In this document: positions 38,861-52,284 of the stretch, one piece after another
Layout of the letters: the number at the start of each line of letters is the position of its first letter
How positions within the stretch are numbered: the first letter of the stretch is position 1
From: Octopus sinensis
Lineage: Eukaryota
NCBI RefSeq assembly: GCF_006345805.1
Contig: NC_043000.1
Location: 70,060,001 to 70,124,000 of the forward strand
Length of the DNA stretch: 64,000 bases
Direction of reading: 5' to 3'
Notes under the pieces: generated by a model
What the model saw: only the letters and a program-made list of their open reading frames with translations
The model's database searches: none
Told to the model about the DNA's origin: nothing
Made by a program: the position numbers and the translations under genes

Positions 38861-41800
38861 CATATGTATGCTTGCTTGTATGAGTGCGTGTGTGTGCATG
38901 TGTGTGCGTGTGTGTACGTGACCGAGAGAGAGCGGGCAAGTGTGATTATGGCGCATCTGTTCATAAATTAAGCGGTTAAAATATTGAGTCTCTTTGCTCA
39001 TCGTACAGTGTGTTGTATTACTTATTTCTTAGAAACGAAGATGGAGAAATCGAAAGAATACATCTCAAACTCACGGACACACACTCACACTGGTATTATG
39101 ACCACCTGGCTTCTCACAAAAAATTCGAATCAGTCTTTCATTAATCATCTAGCAGATTTCTATACACTGATCACAATAAATTAGTTCGAATAGCTGCCAG
39201 TTCTATGACACCCATTCACTTCACTACGATACGAATTATTCTGAATAAGCACAAACACACACACATACACACATACACATACTCACACACACATACACAC
39301 ACACAAACACACAAGTTCACGTGTGTACGCATGTATGAATATTCTGTAGTTACTGTGCTGAGATTTGTATTATGTTAATCTTTAATCTGTCAAATTCAAG
39401 TAAGAACCACGCACAATAGTCTGCTACAACAATGCGTTGTCAAATTAAGAGATACTAACATGAAGAAGTTGCCATAGTATATAAGAATCCAACCTTTATT
39501 AGGATATGTATGTCATCATTAGAATATATTATTCCGAATGAATACCTTTCTCTGGTGAATAAATTTATGAACGTCAGCTTTTGCAGGATTGAATAATTGA
39601 GCCTAACCTAAGAAGCTTAAAATACAAATTTTAAAATTTTAACCTTGATAAGGACACCCACTTATTTTTCTATGCATCTAAAGAGAATTCTTTCTCGTGT
39701 TGACACGAGATTATTTTCAATGACATCTTATATATGAATTAAATTAACCTTTGTGTGAAACTGATCTTTGTTTTATCGGACGCAGGAGAAAGAAAGGGGG
39801 AGGCAACTTGAACTTCGAATTCATTACGTATAAGTAAGTATTTGTTGGGTTGTTACAACCTAATGTGATTTCTATTGGAACAAAAGTACTAGTTCGTTGA
39901 ATGGAGATATATCTTATTTACTCAACGCCAATATTTTACTGTTTAGGATGTCTAAAGAACTTACTTGTTTTTAAAGTATACAGAAGCCACTTCAATTCGG
40001 ACAGTGTAGAAAAGGTAAGCTTTTCTTCTTTTTGTTACTATATTAGTATTGATCAGTTCTTTGATAGGTTATGGATAAACGTGAACACAAGTTATTCAGA
40101 TACGTTTTTCGTTGAGTTTCGAATTGAAATCTAAAATCTGTTGTAGTTGCTGGAGAACAATAAATTTTTTAATTATATTTACCTGAGTATCACTTGGAGT
40201 TGAAATGATTGTTTCTATTATTCAGTCTAAATGCTAGGTGAATATAAATGGTATTAAATATTCCATTCCTCAAAGGAATAGACACAGATTTGTTTCATTA
40301 CTTTCAGTCAGTGATATTACCTTCAGAAAAAAATGCTTTAGTCTAAAATTTTCATTTATTGAGAAATAAAACAGAAATGGATATGTGACAAATGGGCTGC
40401 ATGTTTAGTATAGCAACACTTTCTTGAATAACGAGAAATAAAATTACAAATGTTAAAAGACGGTGAAGAATAATCCAAAGCTAATTATTAGGAGAGATAA
40501 ATAAAAAAAAATCATTAATAAGACTTAATGCTCAACTAATTCTTATGAGAAATAATCTTGAAATCAGATATATGCTATTTGATATGCGTAATATGATTCA
40601 TGAAGAGTCATATTATTATAACAATAATATATCAATATATTATCGACATAGCGTATTATCAATATAGCGTAGATTAAGAATGTAGAATGACCTACGATAA
40701 TGCATGAGGAGTATTCGCTAAAACGACTGACATTAATTCCTAAATATCTAAAATTAGATTATATTCTTAGAGCTACTTGTTACTTGATAATATTCTCAGG
40801 AGTGTGCATTTTAGCATCGTGATATGGTCGATTTTCAATAATCATTTATATTTCCTGAATTTGAAGCCGGATACTTATTGCTTGATAAGTTTCAAAGAAA
40901 ATAATGATCATTTCCGTTAATTAGCAGAATTTGCTTTGCAGAATCTTGGTTAGGTGAACGAAAAAGAATCTCCCTGAGAACAGCAATTCAATAGATTTGC
41001 AATATATTCTCCAATAAATAGCATTACATTATTGGTAGAGTATTCCAATTTTCAGCTATCTAAAATGTTATTCGGAGTATTTGGTGCCTCAAAGTAAAGT
41101 TTTAGTTAAATTCACATGTGAATCAGATTATGATTGAATTTTATTAATTTAAGTCATGGAAATGAGGTTAAAGTTCACTTTTCGACTGCATGATATCATG
41201 GGTAAATAATATCCTACTATATACTCAGTTTGACCAGTCTTGTGTGTGAAATTGGATACACGAAAACAGTATGAGGATCCTGTTAGAGGGTGTGTTCGTT
41301 GCAGGAAGTTTATCATCGTCACTAGTTCCCTTGTTGCCTTTAGCAGAGTCCATTCCGTTGCTAGTATCCTTGCCACGTCTCCTGTCAGAGTATAACTTTC
41401 CTTCTTCCTCTCATCAATCTCGGACACCCTGAAAAGGATGATGGGTTCGGCTCTTACTCTTCGGATAAAACCACTAAAATAAATAAAATCACAAAAGAGC
41501 AAGCCTATGTCCGAAAATGTTGCTTCCACTGCTTCTTGTAATGCTCTGTTCATTGATTAAAATATTTTCTGACTACACTGGGGACTTAAAGGTTGCTACT
41601 CAGTAGCGCACCCACACGCACGCACACGCACGCACACACACACACACACACGCGCGCACACACATACACACACATATATGTATTTCAACATGCGAGTCCT
41701 CTATTATTCAGAAGGTTTATAAGTGTATCAGTGATTGCTGGAAGCATTAGGTATTCATCTCTAGGCATCCCTCAAACAGCACCAACTGCAAATATTCTTG

Positions 41801-42186
41801 GATAAAGAGTTATATAGCCAGTCTTTGTGATGCGTCTCCTGATCATCAGTAGCGCACATTTTATAGTCTTTCAGTTGTTTTTATATATGTTTTTTGGCTA
41901 AGAAGTTTGATTTAATCGATTGTCTATTCCTGTTCTGTAACGACTTTAAGTGACGGTATTCTACCTGTGTTGAAAAGGAAATAATTTTATCATTTGCAGT
42001 AATATATCTTTGGTAGAAACCAATGAAATATAGTCGTTCATGATTATTCAAGATTTTGTATTAGTTTTATTCTTCTCTGCAACTTTATCAAGATATTTTC
42101 AATCGAGTTTTAGTTTGTGTGCATTAGATATTCAGTTATATGTTTTTGTTGACAAGTGTAATCTTCTTTAGTTTTAATTAAGCATG

Positions 42187-42243
42187 ACTCATCCAATTCT
42201 CCAACCACTCATCCAATTCTCCAACCACTCATCCAATTCTCCA
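42187..42243. repeat. 20-bp minisatellite x2.85 (actcatccaattctccaacc)
   Basis: Perfect units read directly; each contains CCAAT. Confidence 0.95.
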
Positions 42244-42974
42244 CTTACCAAATCATTTAGCATAAGACTTGGAAATGTCCTTAAAGACTTCATTGAAGCG
42301 TGACTGTCCGCTGCTAACACTTTTAACATGGATTCTAATTTCATAACAATTGCCTTCAGAACTTTCCTTTCACTTCGAGTCTCGAGAAATAATAGGATTG
42401 TCGAAATGGTTCTTATTTTCCCCCACCCGCACACACGCACATTTTTTAGAAACAAGAAACAGGAAAAGGCTTCTTTATTATATGTAGAAAGAAATACAAA
42501 TAAAATATATTTATAATGTATCACATGATGAACTCCGGAAGTCAACAACGGGATTCAAGATAAAGTTGAATAAACAAAAGAATTGATATCAGAAATATCA
42601 ATGGATCTATAAACAAAATAGTTTATTCACTTCTGCCTCCAGAAATTCTCCTGATAAACATATAATAACAGATAAAATAACAATGCGTTTGATAAAACAA
42701 TATATAAACGGTGTTAAAAATATCCAGAAGCAAATCTGGAAAGGGATAACACCACAAGTTAAGCACTTCGGTTAACCAGCAGCAAGTTAACTCTAGTTTT
42801 GATAAAATAGCAAACTTCAACTGAAAGAGGACTAAGAATAATTAATTATAGCACGTTATGGTTAGGTGGAGATCGAACATTGATAATCCTACAAAAGTGA
42901 TGAATATTTTAAGACATCACCAATAAAATCTCCATCAATGTAAAAGATACCGCGAGTAGGTTTTATTCAATCTA

Positions 42975-43005
42975 CCCCTCACTTTCTTTTCCTCTCTTTC
43001 TCTCT

Positions 43006-43040
<35 letters not shown>

Positions 43041-43109
43041 TCTTTCTGTCATTCCTTCACTTCCGTTTTCTTTCTCTTGCTCTCATCTTCTCTCGCTACT
43101 CCTTTTCAG
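42975..43109. repeat. (CT)-rich polypyrimidine tract ending in ttttcag
   Basis: Direct reading. Confidence 0.85.
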
Positions 43110-43716
43110 CTTAGCACAACATATTTGACCATTTAGAAGTACAGAAAGAGTGCAGCCTTGGATTAAATATATTTCAGTATCTAGATAGTTCGTTCCTATA
43201 GAGTTTGACTGCATTTCATCACTAAAAAAACCATAATGTAAGTACCAGTTATGATTCCGATTCAATCAACAAAAATCTATGACTATCCAGGTAAGTCAGA
43301 AACAACAAAAAGTACATGATTTATCAATAAGTAAGACGAAAATTTAATATATAAAGGATTCATTGCAAACCAGAAGAATTAAGGTATAGTGTTATTAAAA
43401 CTATGAACAAAAGCCAATGAGCTGCCTTGAAACCAGGCATTGGAATTGTACAGGTTTCTTCCTTTCTTTTTATTCATGGTTAAACAATTCATTTAAAGGA
43501 GTTAGTAAGTTTCCCTGGACAGTATAATTCATTAAGCTCTTATTTTCAAATGTAGATTGTTAATATTTAATATTTAAGGATAAGTTCTATAAATATCAAT
43601 TTCCTCGATTTTTCAGGAATTATGACTTTATGTGCTATGTCGAAGAGACCGGGCTACTTGGTTCCAAGTGATCTAATTAACTATAGCTTCCTCTTTGGAG
43701 ATAATACACACACACA

Positions 43717-43760
<44 letters not shown>

Positions 43761-43788
43761 TACATACATACATACATACATACATACA

Positions 43789-43819
<31 letters not shown>

Positions 43820-43820
<1 letters not shown>

Positions 43821-43995
43821 AGTATAAAGTGTGTTATGAGAATTTATAAAACAAGTATCCTATAGAAACTCAACAAACTGTTAAAGATAGAGAAGAGATG
43901 TTAGAAATTTGAAAAGAATTTAATCCATCTTTAACAGTTTGTTGAGTTTCTATAGGATATTTATTCTATAAATTCTCATAACACACATTATACTT
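43820..43995. mobile_element. Short fold-back/MITE: ~69-bp inverted arms with a 38-bp spacer
   Basis: aagtataaagtgtgttatgagaatttata...gttaaagat against atctttaac...tataaattctcataacacacattatactt, with about 4 mismatches. Confidence 0.8.
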
Positions 43996-44149
43996 GTAGC
44001 ATTTTCATATTAGCAAAATTCTTACAACAGTAAGCTATCAAAGAAGTATGAAGAATCATTATTAGAAATCGACCTTTGGAACCCTGCAAAGTAAAGGATG
44101 AAAGATAACTCAACCTTTTCTCTCATATATATATTTTCTTTTATTCTTT

Positions 44150-44385
44150 TATTCTTTTATTTGTTTCAGTCATTTGACTGCGGCCATGCTGGAGCACCGC
44201 CTTTAGTCAAGCAGATCGACCCCAGGACTTATTCTTTGTAAGCCTAGTACTTATTCTATCAGTCTCTCTTGCCGAACCGCTAGGTAACGGGGACGTAATC
44301 ACACCAGCATCGGTTGCCAAGCGATGTTGCGGAGATAAACACAGAAACACAAACATATACATACATACATACATACATACATACA

Positions 44386-44465
<80 letters not shown>

Positions 44466-44645
44466 GTATGTATGTATGTATGTATGTATGTATGTATGTG
44501 TGTGTGTATATATGTATACGACGGGCCTCTTTCAGTTTCCGCCTACCAAATCTACTCACAAGGCTTTGGTCGGCCCGAGGCTGTTGTAGAAGACACCTGC
44601 TCAAGGTGCTACGCAGTGGGACTGAACCCAGAACCATGTGGTTGG
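44150..44645 (-). mobile_element. tRNA-derived SINE with an internal (TACA)/(TG) microsatellite, 5' end clipped
   Basis: Head gggttcagtcccactgcgtagcaccttgagcagg; 3' part ccgaaccgctaggtaacgggg...cgaccccagg; (AAAAG/AATAAA)-type tail. Confidence 0.85.
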
Positions 44646-44939
44646 TATGTATATGTCTTACAAAAAAGGGAAACTATATTTGTCATTAAATGTGACTGAG
44701 GATGTTCATGTATATACATATATAGATGAATATATGATGTAAATTTTTATGAGAAAGACGATAATTACAGATATATTATGACACAGTGACTGAATTCACT
44801 AATAATGCTCGCATGAAAATGATGCAAAACAATATATTGAGGTCTTATTATAAAGAGTAAAATATGTATCATTAAATATAAGATATAGAAATTCAAGAAT
44901 TGGTAGGAGAAAATTACAAACATATAATATTGAATAAAT

Positions 44940-46050
44940 CACGATACCAGCTAGCGATGGTTGGTGGTGGTGTCGCTGTTGCTGGTGGTGTTGCTGGTGG
45001 TGTTGCTGGTGGTGCGGGGGCTTTTGCTTTCTGCCTCTGTTACATCACTTGCTGTTGTTGCTACTGCTGCTGCTGCACTGGAGATGCCACTGACACTGGT
45101 GCTTTTTGTTCTGCATCCTTCCGCTCTTTGTATTTGGGGCAATCGACCTTCAAGTGGTAACATAGAGGTAACACTTTGGTCGTCTTCCCTCCACAGCGAC
45201 GTCTGGCAAATTTATAGTGTCGGGTGTGGCATTTATACTTTCTTGTTCAATTTGAACGAGTAGTTGCATGCCTATACCCGACCAGTTTTGATGGTGCAAT
45301 TTATGCACTTTTTGTATTGTGGCAGTGTCCTCTATGTCAATGAGAACCGTTGCCACTAGCTAGCATATGTTTAGTTCGGGTGGCACTTGCTCTATCTTAA
45401 GCTTTGTGACGCGCCGACCAAGGCATGCCGGCACGAACAGAAATTCTTCAGTTTTTAGGCGCACTGTGGAATGCTGCTTTGCCTCCTGCACGGCTGGAAA
45501 GCAAACTTCCACAGTACTAAATCGCTTCCTCTTGGTCACATATGTTAATTTTTGTTGTTGTTTTCTTTTTCCAATGTGGTCTTGAAGCAATCTCCAGTTG
45601 CTGTTGAGTTACCCATTCTATCTTGTTGTGCTTTTTGTTGAATATCATGTAGGTAATTGTTCTTCTGTTGGTTTCGTTGATTAATTCTAGTGGAGTGTTA
45701 AGGAAGACATTGTTTCCTTCCTTCCTTAACATTTTTATGTCCTCAATTGTTACATTGATTTCCTCTGTTGTTTGTTTCGCCGCGGATACGAAACCGTTGC
45801 ACTTGGTCTTGCTGTTGTCATAGCTGCTTGTGTTGATGGTAGTGGTGGTGGTGGTGGTGGTGGTGGTTTCACTGTTGGTACACATGTTCACACCTCTCTT
45901 CCTCCCTCTCCAGTGTAGTAGCAATAGTGGTAGTGAGAGCATGAAAATGCTCGTTCGAAAGGCGATCCGATGAACAACCTTCGCTTTCTTCACTAGCGCT
46001 GCACGTGCCGGAACGTTTCTTCACGTTCTCTACTTTGCTTTTTAATGCAA
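44940..46050 (-). mobile_element. ORF1 (gag-like, zinc knuckle) remnant of a Tx1/L1-type LINE
   Basis: TKRKRFSTVEVCFP...IEQVPPEL...NLPDVAVEGRRPKCYL...HLKVDCPK (eroded CX2CX4HX4C), followed by a Pro/Ala/Thr-rich tail. Confidence 0.65.
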
Positions 46051-46337
46051 GGACCGGGCGGAGACAGTTGATTTTCGAAATTTCTTATTTGCAGTCCTCC
46101 TCTCCATAGAAATTTTTGTAAAATTTTGAAGTGAAAAATAGAAATTGACGGTTTTTAAATGAAAAGTTTTCCCTGACCGATTAGCTCAGCAAGAGCCCAG
46201 TCAGTTCGGTTACAGAAATATCGAAAAATTTGAAATGATACAACAAAATTTTCTATGAAAATTGCTCAAAAACTCACAGCTTCCGAAGACACGTCCTTCC
46301 GCTTTCGCTTTGAAACCAATAATATTAATAATAATAA

Positions 46338-46522
46338 TCCTGTATACTATAGGCACAAGGTTTGAAATTTGGGGGTGATGGCTAGTCAATTAAATCAACT
46401 GATATTTTATTTCAATGATCCTTAAATGTTAAAAGGAAAGTCGACTTTTGCGGAATCCGAACTCAGAACGTAAAGCCGGAAGAAATCCCGCGAAGCACTT
46501 CGTCTGGCGTGCTAATGATTCT
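46338..46522 (-). mobile_element. Degenerate SINE of the 7636 family
   Basis: Reverse complement of gcacgccagacgaa..tacgttctgagttcggattccgc..gtcgacttt; tail tttcaaaccttgtgcctatagt. Confidence 0.7.
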
Positions 46523-47024
46523 GATACACAATTGATTGTACATCACTAAAACTGTTGCATACCATTGTTGACTAACTTTGTAAAATAAATCCAACAATTT
46601 AACTATATCTGTAACAACAAAATTCTTAGAAGAAACAACTGAAGTCCAGACCTAAATTAGTAGTAAAAACGGAGATATAATGGTGCGTAAGTCACCCATT
46701 GTAAACAGCCATGAAACTGCGAGCCAACAAAGAAGTTTTTATATGGTCATTTGACTACCAGAAAATAAACAAACTGCCTTCAAATCACACTCTACTGTAT
46801 TAAAGTACGATACGCTAAACAATGTGGTCCTGAGTTTCTTAATATGGGGAAATGATACGATGCTTACAGCTGGAATGCTTTTAGTCATAGATCTGCTCGG
46901 CCAGAGGTGGCCTAAGTCTATGCAAGAATCATAAAAGCAAGGTTTTACATTACCAATATCCCCGTGAACTTCATGTTCCATCTCCTAATATGATAATGAG
47001 TGTAGTGTTTTTACATATTTGTGA

Positions 47025-47062
<38 letters not shown>

Positions 47063-47065
<3 letters not shown>

Positions 47066-47347
47066 GTTAGGGCAACGGACTCGCGGTCGTAGGATCGCGG
47101 TTTCGATTCCCAGACCGGGCGTTGTGAGTGTTTATTGAGCGAAAACACCTAAAAGCTCCACGAGGCTCCGGCAGGGGTGGTGATCCCTGCTGTACTCTTT
47201 CACTACTCTTTCTCCCACTCTTTCTTCTGTTGGCCTGCCCGCTTAGCCAGCGGGGTGGCGTCATTCGAAGGCTATAACAATGCGAACGCATTGTGACCAG
47301 CAATGTGTAACAACATCTGATGGTCTGGTCGGTCACGTGATCACGTG

Positions 47348-47349
<2 letters not shown>
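47063..47349 (+). mobile_element. tRNA-derived SINE, tail type A
   Basis: Head gtggttagggcaacggactcgcggtcgtaggatcgcggtttcgattcccagacc; tail ends in cacgtgatcacgtgata. Confidence 0.85.
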
Positions 47350-47379
<30 letters not shown>

Positions 47380-47625
47380 GAGTGTGTGTGTGTATGTATG
47401 TATGTACATTTGTCCAAAATCACTAATGGGGAGTAGAGTAGGAGAAAGAGTAGTATAAGTGAAGGGAGAGGAGAGAAAATAGTAATTCAGTGAAGGAGAA
47501 GTAGTGTGTGTAATAGCCCTGACTGAGATAGAGTGAGAGAACGTAATAATAATGGAGAAAGGATGAATAAGGAAGGGGTGAAAAAATCAGCGTTTCCACT
47601 GTGTAAAAACGAGGTATTTGAATGT

Positions 47626-47699
<74 letters not shown>

Positions 47700-48284
47700 G
47701 TGTGTGTGTGCAATGGAAATGGGATGGTGAACGTTCAACAGTGATAGAAAAATCCAACAGCATTTTACCTGTGTTTATAAGGGAAGAATGTGAATGTTTG
47801 CATCTGTGATTATTATGTACCTTATTTTGTACCTTATATATAAAACATTACAAATAGCCGTCATTTTTGACAGCAAAGGGTCAACTAGTTTACTAATAAA
47901 TTGCTGGACTTAACTGGATGACAAAAGAAGCAATATTCACGATAGATCCTCGTACCATCACCATAGTTATATCGAAAGGAATATCACTACCCAAGGATAT
48001 GAAAAACAAATGTCACTTGAGTAGTGTGTATACTTAAACAACATTGTATCAGAATGTCCAACATACTTGGAGGTGACAAAAATAGCATAACAATGCTAGG
48101 ATTGCTATCATTTTCCGTGGCAGAATTTAACTGTCGACAGTATTATCAGAATTTATAAATATTGTTAGAGCATCTGCCATAACATTTATCCACATGTTTC
48201 GCTAACAATGGACTGATTCATCGCCTTGAACATTTTATTAATGCTGAATATGTTTAAATACTATAGTGTGTGTGCGTATATATA

Positions 48285-48676
48285 TGGAATGGAAGCACTC
48301 CGTCGGTTACGACGACGAGGGTTCCGGTTGATCCGAATCAACGGAACAGCCTACTCGTGAAATTAACGTGTAAGTGGCTGAGCACTCCACAGACACGTGT
48401 ACCCTTAACGTAGTTCTCGGGGATATTCAGCGTGACACAGAGAGTGACAAGGCCGGCCCTTTGAAATACAGGTACAACAGAAACAGGAAATAAGAGTGAG
48501 AGAAAGTTGTGGTGAAAGAGTACAGCAGGGATCAGCACCATCCCCTGTCGGAGCCTCGTGGAGCTTTAGGTGTTTTCGCTCAATAAACACTCACAACGCC
48601 CGGTCTGGGAATCGAAACCGCGATCCTATGACCGCGAGTCCGCTGCCCTAACCACTGGGCCAATGCGCCTCCACAC
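48285..48676 (-). mobile_element. tRNA-derived SINE, same head as 47063, tail type B
   Basis: Full head gtggaggcgcattggcccagtggttagggc...ttcgattccc; the 3' half is unrelated to that of the 47063 copy. Confidence 0.88.
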
Positions 48677-48718
<42 letters not shown>

Positions 48719-48733
48719 ATATATATATATAAT

Positions 48734-48845
<112 letters not shown>

Positions 48846-49214
48846 CATATACATATGTGTGTGTGTGTGTGTATAAACCTACCTAAACATTTTTAGGTAC
48901 GTTTTCCAAGATGAACCCAATTATTGTTTAAAGAAAGGATATTAATCAAGTATTTTAAAGGTAGGAAACTACGGAAGTATTTCATAAACCATGGATAATA
49001 TTAATAACGTTCTATAACAAGAAAGGAAGTGCCTCCCAATCGAAAAAGTAGTTCCAACAAACTATATCCATATTTACATATAATGATATATAATTACACA
49101 TAACTAGAATGTGAGAGTGAAAGCAGAAATAATTTCTGTAATAATAGGTGATACAGAATTAAAAAAAAAAAACGCAGGCCGATCATTTACCAAACCCTGA
49201 GGATTGATATATAT

Positions 49215-49641
49215 ATGGTGGCACTCTGTCGGTTTCCAGTTGATCAGCGGAACAGCCTGCTCGTAAAATTAACGTCAAGTGGCTGAGCACTCCACAGACA
49301 CGTGTTCTCTTAACGTATTTCTCTGGGAATCAAAGCTACGATCCTACGACCGCGCGTCTGCTGCCCTAACCACTGGGCCATTGCGCCTTCACTATATATA
49401 TATATATAGTATAACAAGGCTGGCCCTTCGGAATACAGATACAACAGAAACAGGAAGAAAGAGTGAGGGAAAGTTATGGTGAAATAGTACAGTAGGGCTC
49501 GCCATCCACCCATCCCTGACGGAACGTCGTGGAGGTTTAGGTGTTTTCGTTCAATAAACACTCACAACACCCGGTCTGGGAATCAAAGCCACGATCCTAC
49601 GACCGCGCGTCTGCTGCCCTAACCACTGAGCCATTGCGCCT

Positions 49642-49645
<4 letters not shown>
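49215..49645 (-). mobile_element. SINE (tail type B) with an internally duplicated tRNA head
   Basis: A 70-bp head occurs at 49576-49645 and again at 49323-49392, each followed by (TA)n. Confidence 0.85.
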
Positions 49646-49739
<94 letters not shown>

Positions 49740-51249
49740 CACAAACATAAACACACAACAGAGAAAAATTATGGCACTAGACACTGCATACATATTAAAT
49801 AGAGTGCATTTAGCGAAAGTACGTAATGATACGGTCACTGACATGATAATGATGATGGTGGTGGTGGACAATAACATCGCAGCATTAAGACGAAAGATGT
49901 ATTCCAATACTTGTGGAAACTGTATTAGTAGCAACAATAGAAGCAACAACAGATGCAATGAAAACAATAATGACCAATAATAGAGTAATAACAGTGTCAA
50001 CTAGATTAGCATAAATAATGAAAACAACAGTAATATCTTCTGCATACGCAACCAATGAATGGACACTCCACACGCTCAAGCGAAATTATGGTGAAGATTA
50101 CATATACAAGAGTGTTATTATGTTGGTTGATGACTCTTTCAGTCAAGACGGTGATTAGCTTACAAAACTAAACCATTCTATACAAATGCTAAAAGCCAGA
50201 TTTGCAGTATCTTACAATGCGTATTGAAAAGTTCATGGAGGAGGAGTTATAACGTGCAGTTGGATATATATCAAAAGGGAGACAACACAGAACATTGGCA
50301 GCTCTCTGCACCAGTAAGCATGAAATTTCAATGTACGTCCCAGTATTTAATAATGATCCTACTGCGTATTGGACGTCAACTGACAAAAACCCGAGTCATC
50401 AATATACCGCTACTCAAAGACTAAGCTAGAGTAAGAGCAATGGTAGAACACAAAGAATTCATAGTGCTAAAGTTTATCACCTTCATCACCTACAAACCAA
50501 GGAATGTCACTGGAGTTCCAGATATTAATCACTGTGTAAGATGATCTAGGTATCTCTAATTATTTTTGTTTCAAAGAGTGTGAAGAGATGTGAGCAGTCA
50601 TCGAGAACAGGAAGCGCAGACGTTACATTTATGGTTTTACAATAAAACATTCTACTTCAGATATTTCTAATTCACATAGAAAACACAAGAACTGATTGAT
50701 GTGGGACTGCTGCAGTCATAATAATTTTAATAGTGGCAGTAGTTGCTGTGGCAACAACAGCAAGAAAACAACATCAGCCACACACACTGTAGTTAAACAG
50801 AAAATATATTACGAAGAAAGTTTGCTATCAGTACGGAGAATATGTCGTTGAACATTATCGATGGAAGCGGTTAAGTATCGAGAATCAAAGTTATCGAAAG
50901 TTTCTGTTTCATTTTAATTGATCATAGAGACGCATCCATCTCGGTCCGTCAAAGACTTGGTGACCTCTACCACCCGGGCTCACCTAACAAGTTTTGTTCC
51001 TTCATGTCTGACCAAGTGACTTAGCTTCGACAATATAATTGGAACACCTCAGTACTTGTAATTGACGATTTCTCTCGTGTTTCTTAACTAATTCACTAAT
51101 CCGTTTCCTATAGATTTTGCGCACCTCTCATTCTGTTAACCGTGTAGATATTCGATATTCATTAACATATTTGTTAACCTTCAACATTTCTGCGTATTTT
51201 CCGAATATAGATAAGAAAATCTTGATGCATTTATCAAGTCATGAATTAT

Positions 51250-51348
51250 GAAAAGAAGAAGAAGAAGAAGAAGAAGAAGAAGAAGAAAAAGAAGAAGAAG
51301 AAGAAGAAGAAGAAGAAGAAAAAGAAGAAGAAGAAGAAGAAGAAGAAG

Positions 51349-51396
<48 letters not shown>

Positions 51397-51500
51397 AATA
51401 ACAACAACAACAACAACAATAACAACAACAACAGCAGCAGCAACAGCAACAAAAACAACTACTAAACAACTACAGCAATAACGATGGACGATGACAACAA
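51250..51500. repeat. (AAG)n-(AAC)n-(CAG) compound trinucleotide array
   Basis: Direct reading. Confidence 0.96.
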
Positions 51501-51529
51501 CTGTAACAACAATAAGACAATTAAAAACC

Positions 51530-52150
51530 ATATTCAACAACGGATTTATAGAGGAATATGCATACTGAAACTACATAATATACAGAGGTTGCATAAAACA
51601 ATAACTACCCCAACTATTTCTAGCTGCACAGCCTTAACCAAAAACGAACACATCTACAAGTATGCAAGACTTGGGATTATATACTAGAAGTTGTAGCAGC
51701 ATTATGAAATGCCAAACGAACAGAGATACTATGAACATACGCCGGAAAAAGTCCCAAGGAAATACACAGTGGTTATGCTCTACGATGCGCCTGTTTACAC
51801 AGGTAAGGAGATCGGGATAATTAGCTGTATATGGTTGACAAAAACCATATGGAAAGGAAATGTCTCCTAATCAAATTAACACTTCAGCTGATGACGCTGT
51901 ATCACAAAAAGAAAATGGAGAAATTCTCCAAAGTAAAGATTTAAAATATAAATAACCAAAATATAGGGACTGAAAACAGTTGTAATTCCAAGAATAACAG
52001 ATTTTGGAGGGTTTGGTTGAAACACGCATAATGACAAATTGATCACGAAAACCACAGAATATAATACAGAAAATAGCAATACTAAACACTGTAAACGTAT
52101 TACATAGGTTATTAGCAATCCAACAGAAAATACAAAACCAAAACAAAAAT
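51530..52150 (+). mobile_element. Degenerate R4/Dong-type 3' fragment (zinc finger end plus RLE)
   Basis: ISSCTALTKNEHIY...QHYEMPNEQRYYEHTPEKV and ADD.VSQKE...IQKIAILNT align to 59900-60430. Confidence 0.75.
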
Positions 52151-52249
52151 TGCCTACACGAAGAGTTGCGAGTGATAATTAAGTAAAAACAGCCATTGAA
52201 TTTAACAATCTGAAGAAATTTTAATTAATAATCATTTCTAACATAGGTA

Positions 52250-52250
52250 C

Positions 52251-52284
<34 letters not shown>

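Noticed and set aside
42187-42243. CRISPR-like array
   Set aside because: The repeats have no spacers. No repeat-spacer array or cas gene was seen anywhere in the window.
46050-46320. Possible DNA-transposon end
   Set aside because: No partner inverted repeat or second copy in the window.
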